Virus record (IMG/VR): IMGVR_UViG_3300009960_000010
Span: 1-37,079 of that record
Origin: a virus
Strand: one strand, 5' to 3'
DNA length: 37,079 nt
Shown in pieces: positions 31,936-37,079 of the stretch. Made by a program: the position numbers and the translations under genes. Numbering within the stretch: the stretch's first letter is position 1; each line of letters opens with the position of its first letter. Under the pieces are notes generated by a model, which was given only the letters and a program-made list of their open reading frames with translations, ran no database searches and had not been told where the DNA came from.

Positions 31936-33057
31936 ATGAAGAAATTAGCTTCTAGATTAAAAGAAATCGCTATCAATCGGCTGGACGCTTTAGTAGTTGC
32001 AAGCGTTATCATCGTGTCATCTGTGTTTTTAATCATAGGCAAGCCCGCAGAAGACGGCAGTATCACTCTGGACGGCTCAAAAGCGAAATACTCAAAGTCT
32101 ACCGAAAAAGCCTTGTGTGAGCTAGCTAAAAAGCGTGAGACGGCGATTGCTGGCATCATGGGACTAGACGTACCACAGGATAAAGGGTCGGGTTGCGACC
32201 CTGTAGATAAAGAGTTAGCGCAGATGGGGTCGGGCGTGTATTACAAGACCGACCTGTCTAGTCCTGCGGCGTTTGTGAACGCCATGAACGGTAGGGGTTT
32301 TAACGAGGGCTACGGCATGCAGTGCGTAGCAGGCTTTAAGCAGTTTATGTTCAGTCTCTCAGGACGTGTCGTGGCGACTAGGACGGGCGGAGCGAGCGGA
32401 TACGCCAACCAAGTCGGCGAAATCCAAGCGTTAGGCTTTACCTGGCACGGTGGGCAAGCTGGTATGAAAGACGGCGACTGGGCAATCTTTGGCGGCGGAA
32501 CGTACGGACACGTCGCTATGTACTATCAGGGCAAGTTCTTTGGACAGAACCAAGGCTCAGGCAATATCTACGTCGGTAACGCCTTTAATTTAATGGATTT
32601 AGGCGGCTACCGCAACTCGATTATCGGCTACTACCGCCCGAACATCTGGGCAGGCAACAACAGCGCGCCGAGCGCACCAGCACCACAGGCGAACAACTCA
32701 AAACCAGTGAATGACCAAGTCGTGGCAGACGTTCTCAGGGGAGCGTACGGTACTGGTAGCGACCGTGTGGCGCGGTTACAGGCAGCGGGCTACAACCCAG
32801 CCGAAGTTCAAGCAGCCGTCAACTCACGTGTAGCAACGACTTACCCACGTGTCCAAACACCCGTAGCACCCTCTGTAAGCTTATCAGCGTACGTTGTGAA
32901 GCGTGGGGACACTCTGGGTGGTATTGCACTCAGAAATGGCTGGTATCGCTCTGTAAACGGCTTATACGGTAATTCAGGGTATGCCCAGGGACTGGCTAAC
33001 AGAAACGGAATAGCCAACCGAGGCTTAATCTATCCTGGACAAGTTATTAGAAAATAA
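31936..33057 (+). CDS. Endolysin: N-terminal TM/signal-anchor, CHAP amidase/peptidase, CW_7-like repeat, LysM
   Basis: LDALVVASVIIVSSVFLIIG (TM). GYGMQCVAGFKQF ... GHVAMYY (CHAP Cys/His). VVADVLRGAYGTGSDRVARLQAAGYNPAEVQAAVN (Cpl-7-type repeat). YVVKRGDTLGGIA...GLIYPGQVI (LysM). Confidence 0.9.
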   Translation: MKKLASRLKEIAINRLDALVVASVIIVSSVFLIIGKPAEDGSITLDGSKAKYSKSTEKALCELAKKRETAIAGIMGLDVPQDKGSGCDPVDKELAQMGSGVYYKTDLSSPAAFVNAMNGRGFNEGYGMQCVAGFKQFMFSLSGRVVATRTGGASGYANQVGEIQALGFTWHGGQAGMKDGDWAIFGGGTYGHVAMYYQGKFFGQNQGSGNIYVGNAFNLMDLGGYRNSIIGYYRPNIWAGNNSAPSAPAPQANNSKPVNDQVVADVLRGAYGTGSDRVARLQAAGYNPAEVQAAVNSRVATTYPRVQTPVAPSVSLSAYVVKRGDTLGGIALRNGWYRSVNGLYGNSGYAQGLANRNGIANRGLIYPGQVIRK

Positions 33058-33125
33058 TAATAATAATGTATAATGGAAAGTGGATAGCTAGATTTGGTAG
33101 CCTAACTATCTAATACTCCATTGTT

Positions 33126-33157
33126 GAGACTCTTTTTCTGGTGAGAGTCTCTTTTTT
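33126..33157 (+). terminator. Intrinsic terminator at the end of the late/lysis operon
   Basis: GAGACTCT (33126-33133) pairs perfectly with AGAGTCTC (33144-33151). 10-nt loop, T6 at 33152-33157. Confidence 0.85.
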
Positions 33158-33222
33158 GTGCGAGTTTTCCACAACTCTAGCTGAGGTAGACAGAAAAATA
33201 TAGAAAAATAAGCATAAAACCA

Positions 33223-33251
33223 TTGACAACGTAAGCACGGTTATGTATACT
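33223..33251 (+). promoter_or_regulatory. Promoter P4 (early; TAAGCACG-spacer family)
   Basis: TTGACA (33223-33228), 17-nt spacer ACGTAAGCACGGTTATG, TATACT (33246-33251). A-rich upstream tract AGAAAAATATAGAAAAATA. Downstream block ATAACATAACCATT (33253-33266). Confidence 0.75.
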
Positions 33252-33309
33252 AATAACATAACCATTCGGTTACATATAAAACTTAAACTCATACGGAGGA
33301 TAAACGAAA

Positions 33310-33525
33310 ATGTTTGTAGAGAAATACGAAATCTATCACAATGAAAAGCTAATCAAAACTATCGGTTATGACGAGAAGAACCGCCTAGAATCTGTGTTAC
33401 TTGCTGGCGGTGAGACTATGACAATCGACGGTGTGGAATATAACGCGAGAGACCTTAAAATCAAAGACGTTGGTTATTTATATCATAGCAAAACACCTGA
33501 TGAGCTAAAAAAGGAGGATTACTAA
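33310..33525 (+). CDS. Early hypothetical protein
   Basis: 71-aa ORF, ACGGAGGA RBS, first gene after P4. Confidence 0.7.
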   Translation: MFVEKYEIYHNEKLIKTIGYDEKNRLESVLLAGGETMTIDGVEYNARDLKIKDVGYLYHSKTPDELKKEDY

Positions 33526-33534
33526 ATATTGGCA

Positions 33535-33564
33535 TTGACAACATAAGCATAATCAGATTATACT
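33535..33564 (+). promoter_or_regulatory. Promoter P5 (early; near-duplicate of P4)
   Basis: TTGACA (33535-33540), 18-nt spacer ACATAAGCATAATCAGAT, TATACT (33559-33564). The same ATAACATAACCATT block lies at 33566-33579. Confidence 0.7.
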
Positions 33565-33604
33565 TATAACATAACCATTTTAATACCTGAAAGGGGCAAA
33601 GGTA

Positions 33605-33841
33605 ATGAACAATTACTATAACAATCACTCTATAACCGAATTAACACAGGAGGAGCTGTTTGAACTCATCGACATTATACGTGATGAGCTTGAGAATGAT
33701 GGCTACAACAGCTTTGTGAGCGCTCCTACGGCTTTGAAAATAGAAATGCGACAAATTCTCCAGGAAATCAACAGACGCGCTAAAATCGTCTCTGACGGTT
33801 TCCTGGATGCTATTACAATCAATCAACTGTTCTTTGAATAA
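33605..33841 (+). CDS. Early hypothetical protein
   Basis: 78-aa ORF, AAAGGGG RBS, first gene after P5. Confidence 0.7.
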   Translation: MNNYYNNHSITELTQEELFELIDIIRDELENDGYNSFVSAPTALKIEMRQILQEINRRAKIVSDGFLDAITINQLFFE

Positions 33842-33889
33842 ATCGAAAGAACGGGCAAATATTAAATCAACCTCTGAAAGGAGAAGAAA

Positions 33890-34189
33890 ATGAGCTACGG
33901 AAAAAAAGTCTCAATAAATAAAATTAAGGTAAGAGCCGTGGGAGGTCTTAAAAAAGAGGTGCTTGTCAAACGCGACAAGAGAATAAACTTCAAAGAGCTT
34001 TACCAGATACGGTTCTTGTCTAACGGTATCGCAATTACTGTCAAAACCACCTCTGCGAAAAAGGCAAAGGCAATCATTGAAAACAATAAAGACGCGGTGG
34101 TACATCTTCATTCCGACCGAACTGCCTCGCAACTGTTCCTTGAGGCTCTGCTGAGACAAGCTCGAGGTGAAGAGGGAGTAATCGGATAG
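33890..34189 (+). CDS. Early hypothetical basic protein
   Basis: 99-aa ORF, AAAGGAGAAG RBS. Confidence 0.7.
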   Translation: MSYGKKVSINKIKVRAVGGLKKEVLVKRDKRINFKELYQIRFLSNGIAITVKTTSAKKAKAIIENNKDAVVHLHSDRTASQLFLEALLRQARGEEGVIG

Positions 34190-34588
34190 ATGAAAACGGT
34201 TGATGTGATATCCAAAGTTGAGCTGAGGAAGATGAAACTGTCTCTTAAAGACCCTATGATAGCTACGATGTACTCTGATGGCTATAGTATCGGCTTGTAC
34301 TCTTTCCTGTACTCACATTACCGCTTCAAAAGACCAACCGTGATAGTTCCGCGCGCCAACCAAAAGCCGTCGCGAAACTGTTCTGTTATACTTCCGAAAA
34401 ACTACATGGTCGATGACTTAATAATCGCTTTACAAGCTGTCATGATTAACCCAGAATACGTCTATTTCGTAGACAGAAAGGAGAAAACCTACCACCTCAT
34501 AAACCTAATAAAATCTAAAGAATTGATAGAGAAAGGAAAGAAGAAATGCAAGAGCCAAAATCAGACACGAAACAGGAAAAGTTCATAA
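34190..34588 (+). CDS. Early hypothetical protein
   Basis: 132-aa ORF that starts right after the upstream stop. Confidence 0.7.
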   Translation: MKTVDVISKVELRKMKLSLKDPMIATMYSDGYSIGLYSFLYSHYRFKRPTVIVPRANQKPSRNCSVILPKNYMVDDLIIALQAVMINPEYVYFVDRKEKTYHLINLIKSKELIEKGKKKCKSQNQTRNRKSS

Positions 34589-34815
34589 ACGCCGTGCTGT
34601 CGTCGTGGCGACTGCCTTGGTGCTTTGACGAGGGCAAGCTCTATAATAAACTACTCGTGAAATACAGGAATATGGGACTGTCTGGCGACGAACTGAAAGA
34701 GAAAGTTGCAACCAAGATGGAAGTGAAACGCAAGAAACATGCTCTGGCGAGAATGAACGCCACTACAATTGCTAAAATTGCTGAAAGGATTTACGGTGAT
34801 GACGAAACTAACTAA
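34546..34815 (+). CDS. Early hypothetical protein
   Basis: 89-aa ORF with a 43-nt overlap on the upstream gene. It has only one in-frame ATG. Confidence 0.55.
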   Translation: MQEPKSDTKQEKFINAVLSSWRLPWCFDEGKLYNKLLVKYRNMGLSGDELKEKVATKMEVKRKKHALARMNATTIAKIAERIYGDDETN

Positions 34816-34871
34816 CTTACTAACTAAACTAAAATCATGGTTCAAGGTTGAACTAGAAAGGTTGAAAACAC

Positions 34872-35264
34872 ATGACTGGTAATCTTAGAGGAATGTCTCC
34901 AGAGGAGATACTGGAACTTTTAACAGGCGGTGAGAACGCTATGAAAAAACAGATTCACACAGAGATTGATTCTATGAACTGCGTGCAATGTAGCGCTTTG
35001 GCTTGCCGTTTCATAGAGGAAATGGATAAGCTGCAGATTGGGGATTTTGGCAACACACGACCTGAAGCATACTTAGTCTTTGATAAAGAGAATGGCGAAG
35101 TGAACTCATACAAACCACCGAAAATCGACGGTTACGCGCTGTGTAAAGACTTCAATCTGTCTAAAAAACAACTGAGGACGGTTTTGGCTGTGGCGATGAT
35201 GGCTCAAGCAGCAGAGTTCGCAGTCGAGTTCAAAAAGATGGCTGCTGAAAAGGAGGGTGAATAA
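34872..35264 (+). CDS. Early hypothetical protein
   Basis: 130-aa ORF. The start is uncertain (ATG 34872, or the next in-frame ATG 21 nt downstream). Confidence 0.65.
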   Translation: MTGNLRGMSPEEILELLTGGENAMKKQIHTEIDSMNCVQCSALACRFIEEMDKLQIGDFGNTRPEAYLVFDKENGEVNSYKPPKIDGYALCKDFNLSKKQLRTVLAVAMMAQAAEFAVEFKKMAAEKEGE

Positions 35265-35265
35265 G

Positions 35266-35511
35266 ATGGCTGGCAACAAATCAGGCGGGCTGAAAGCCAA
35301 AGCTACTAACCTAGCGAAAAACCCAAACTTCTACCGTGATATCGGTCGGCTTGGAGGGATGGCTTCCACGACTGGCGGCTTTGCTTCCGAAGTAATCGGT
35401 GATGATGGCTTAACTGGACGACAGAGGGCTAAGATTGTTGGTAAAAAGGGCGGTTTTATCAGTAAAAGAGGTAAATCTAAGAAGAAAGAGGTTAAAAATG
35501 AAACCTACTAA
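35266..35511 (+). CDS. KGG/GsiB-repeat-like small basic protein
   Basis: Track ORF 35257..35511 trimmed to ATG 35266 after AAGGAGGG. NPNFYRDIGRLGGMAST and AKIVGKKGGFIS resemble the (D/N)xxFYxEIGxKGGEAT stress-protein repeat. Confidence 0.7.
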   Translation: MAGNKSGGLKAKATNLAKNPNFYRDIGRLGGMASTTGGFASEVIGDDGLTGRQRAKIVGKKGGFISKRGKSKKKEVKNETY

Positions 35512-35761
35512 CGAAACTTACGAGCTTGAAACTTTACAAGACCTGTTGGAATTGCACCCAGACCAACTGGAGCGGTGGTTTAAGGACTTCAAACTGGTTC
35601 ATAAGTTTGCTTATGAAAAGGCAAACTCTAAAACAAAGCTACGTGCTGGTTTTATAACGTCTAAGGTGATTATGCGAAAGCTCAAGTGGACAGATGATGG
35701 CAAAAATGAGGGGGCAATCCGAGAAAGAAAGATAAACGCTGGAGAGACACCGAATGAGTAA
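35498..35761 (+). CDS. Early hypothetical protein
   Basis: Track ORF 35435..35761 trimmed to ATG 35498 after AGAAAGAGG. Confidence 0.65.
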   Translation: MKPTNETYELETLQDLLELHPDQLERWFKDFKLVHKFAYEKANSKTKLRAGFITSKVIMRKLKWTDDGKNEGAIRERKINAGETPNE

Positions 35762-36065
35762 CGCCGCGAAAGAACTGTCTATTACAGTTATCAAAGCTCC
35801 TATAAAGATTGACAAAGAGCTGTTCATAATGCTTCACCCGTCAAAGATTGCGATAGTGTGCGAGATACGTATCTTGGCGCGACGCAAAGATAATGACGAG
35901 CCGTATTATCCAAAACCTTTGTACATCAAAGGAAAGGATGTCGTTAAATACCCGCTAGAGCCGTCTGAGAACAACGAATTTGTGTTTCTGTATAAAATCC
36001 CCGTATCCGACCTAAAAGACAGTCTGGGGGCTTTAGATGAGGTATTAGGGGGGTGTTTCAGATGA
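35754..36065 (+). CDS. Early hypothetical protein
   Basis: 103-aa ORF, GGAGAGA RBS, 8-nt overlap upstream. Confidence 0.7.
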   Translation: MSNAAKELSITVIKAPIKIDKELFIMLHPSKIAIVCEIRILARRKDNDEPYYPKPLYIKGKDVVKYPLEPSENNEFVFLYKIPVSDLKDSLGALDEVLGGCFR

Positions 36066-36565
36066 TTAAGGTCGTGCGGTTTATGTCATTCTCTGAGTTC
36101 CTTGGTTTAATAGACGGCAAAGAGCTGGAGAACACCAAGAACCATAAAGAGGAAGATAAATCTAAGACGGATTCTATCGGCTTCTGCTTCACACCGATTG
36201 ACGAGTTGAAAGACGACACAATCTACAACATAGCTCGATATTTATGCTCAGTCGCGACCACCAAGTTCTGTGTGGTCGCGGACATTGACGAGACGAAGCT
36301 AAAGAGAGGCTACGGCGTTTATGCTGACCACTCCGAGGACGACAAGATGACCTTGAGAGATTTGGCAGACCCATCTAAGTGGAAGAGCATGACTGTCGAT
36401 GAATATTCTACGACCAAGTACTCGCTGAAAGATTTGGAGAACGCTCGCTGGTTCTTACCAGAAGACGAGGGCGACGGGTTTTTCTCCATAGAGTGGAAAA
36501 ACCCAGTGGAAATCACCGAGAAAGTGAACAATAAACTGTTAAAGAAAGGGAAAGGAAGTGCTTGA
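36062..36565 (+). CDS. Early hypothetical protein
   Basis: Track ORF 36053..36565 trimmed to ATG 36062 (ATGA overlap; AGGGGGG upstream). Confidence 0.7.
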   Translation: MIKVVRFMSFSEFLGLIDGKELENTKNHKEEDKSKTDSIGFCFTPIDELKDDTIYNIARYLCSVATTKFCVVADIDETKLKRGYGVYADHSEDDKMTLRDLADPSKWKSMTVDEYSTTKYSLKDLENARWFLPEDEGDGFFSIEWKNPVEITEKVNNKLLKKGKGSA

Positions 36566-36833
36566 GGAAATCTTGAAAACTGACAAAAAGGCTAGAAAGT
36601 GGCACCCGAAGACGCGGAAGTACTATGAATATCTGCTGCCCGTCGGCTCTGTGTTGCTAGTGGGGCTAGACGAGAAAGCTTCGTGTGCAGAGTGCGGGGT
36701 GCAGTTCACCTTTGGAGACATGTACGCTTCCCGCTTTATCCATAATGAGGCTGGCATGAGCTACGCTGTGTGTGAGACTTGCTATAACCGTGAATTAGAA
36801 GAAGAGGAGAAGTACAGAGATGAGCAAAAGTAA
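36558..36833 (+). CDS. Early small zinc-ribbon-like protein
   Basis: GTG start. CAECG ... CETC form two CxxC pairs about 30 aa apart. Confidence 0.6.
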   Translation: MLEEILKTDKKARKWHPKTRKYYEYLLPVGSVLLVGLDEKASCAECGVQFTFGDMYASRFIHNEAGMSYAVCETCYNRELEEEEKYRDEQK

Positions 36834-37068
36834 AATACCTGCCCAAAATGACGAGAGCGTGCTCAATCTCCACTACGAAGTGGGCAAATTGATTGGCAAA
36901 ATTGAGTTCTTAGAGGACAAAGTGAAACGCCAGGAGCAGGTCCAGGAGAAAACCTTAGAGCATATTCAAGCTTTGTGTAAAACGATTGAAAACCTGAGTA
37001 ATGGTATAAAAGCTTTGGGTGATTATTGTGACAGGCTTGACAGGCGCTTAGAGAGCCACGACATGTGA
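36820..37068 (+). CDS. Early coiled-coil protein (3' end duplicated at 1..116)
   Basis: 82-aa ORF, GAGGAG RBS. Heptad-like LEDKVKRQEQVQEKTLEHIQALCKTIENL. Confidence 0.7.
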   Translation: MSKSKIPAQNDESVLNLHYEVGKLIGKIEFLEDKVKRQEQVQEKTLEHIQALCKTIENLSNGIKALGDYCDRLDRRLESHDM

Positions 37069-37079
37069 GACTGGAAAAA
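36953..37079. repeat. Terminal direct repeat, copy 2 (identical to 1..127)
   Basis: Same 127-nt string as the window start. Confidence 0.95.

Noticed and set aside
33110-33292. 60-aa minus-strand ORF in the lysis-to-early intergenic region
   Set aside because: It runs through the late terminator hairpin and promoter P4. It has no RBS, and its AT-rich intergenic composition explains the open frame.
1-37079. The 127-bp terminal repeats considered as attL/attR of an integrated prophage
   Set aside because: There is no host flanking DNA and no integrase. The repeat lies inside a phage coding gene, and the gene order closes seamlessly across the junction.

Overview
The window is a complete genome of a tailed dsDNA phage. 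The first 127 bases recur verbatim as the last 127 (1..127 = 36953..37079), so the unique length is 36,952 bp and the contig closes into a circle. Every credible gene is on the + strand, and minus-strand ORFs in the track look like antisense shadows. Frequent AGGAGG-type ribosome-binding sites and ATGA/TAATG coupled junctions point to a Gram-positive (Bacillota) host; this is an inference. I recognised no integrase, CI/Cro-type repressor, tRNA, CRISPR array or transposase, so the phage looks virulent or at least lacks a canonical lysogeny module. Module order, read circularly: (1) early ORFan block 33310..37068, driven by two near-duplicate promoters; (2) replication block 334..1813, with two paralogous wHTH proteins and iterons inside the initiator gene; (3) recombination block 2029..5421, with a RecT-family annealase and a PD-(D/E)XK nuclease; (4) a cluster of tiny membrane-protein ORFs 4779..5910, missing from the ORF track; (5) middle block 6243..10342, with a CobS/MoxR-like AAA+ ATPase, a partner protein and NinG/Rap; (6) a GT-A glycosyltransferase / GNAT / PAPS-reductase (IbrA-like) / two ParB-N-terminal-domain cassette at 10580..14474; (7) the siphovirus-type late operon: terS, terL, portal-MuF fusion, prohead protease, HK97-fold capsid, connectors, major tail protein, G/GT chaperone with a -1 frameshift, tape measure, Dit, Tal, three paralogous small baseplate proteins and a putative RBP; (8) lysis genes: XhlA-like protein, holin, and a TM-CHAP-CW_7-LysM endolysin. 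Non-coding signals are a promoter family with an invariant TAAGCA block in the spacer, a conserved structured intergenic box present twice, two clear intrinsic terminators, and origin-like tandem repeats. The best candidate for an undescribed system is the glycosyltransferase/GNAT/IbrA-IbrB-like cassette, a putative DNA or nucleotide modification module. All function calls rest on motif recognition by eye; no database search was run.
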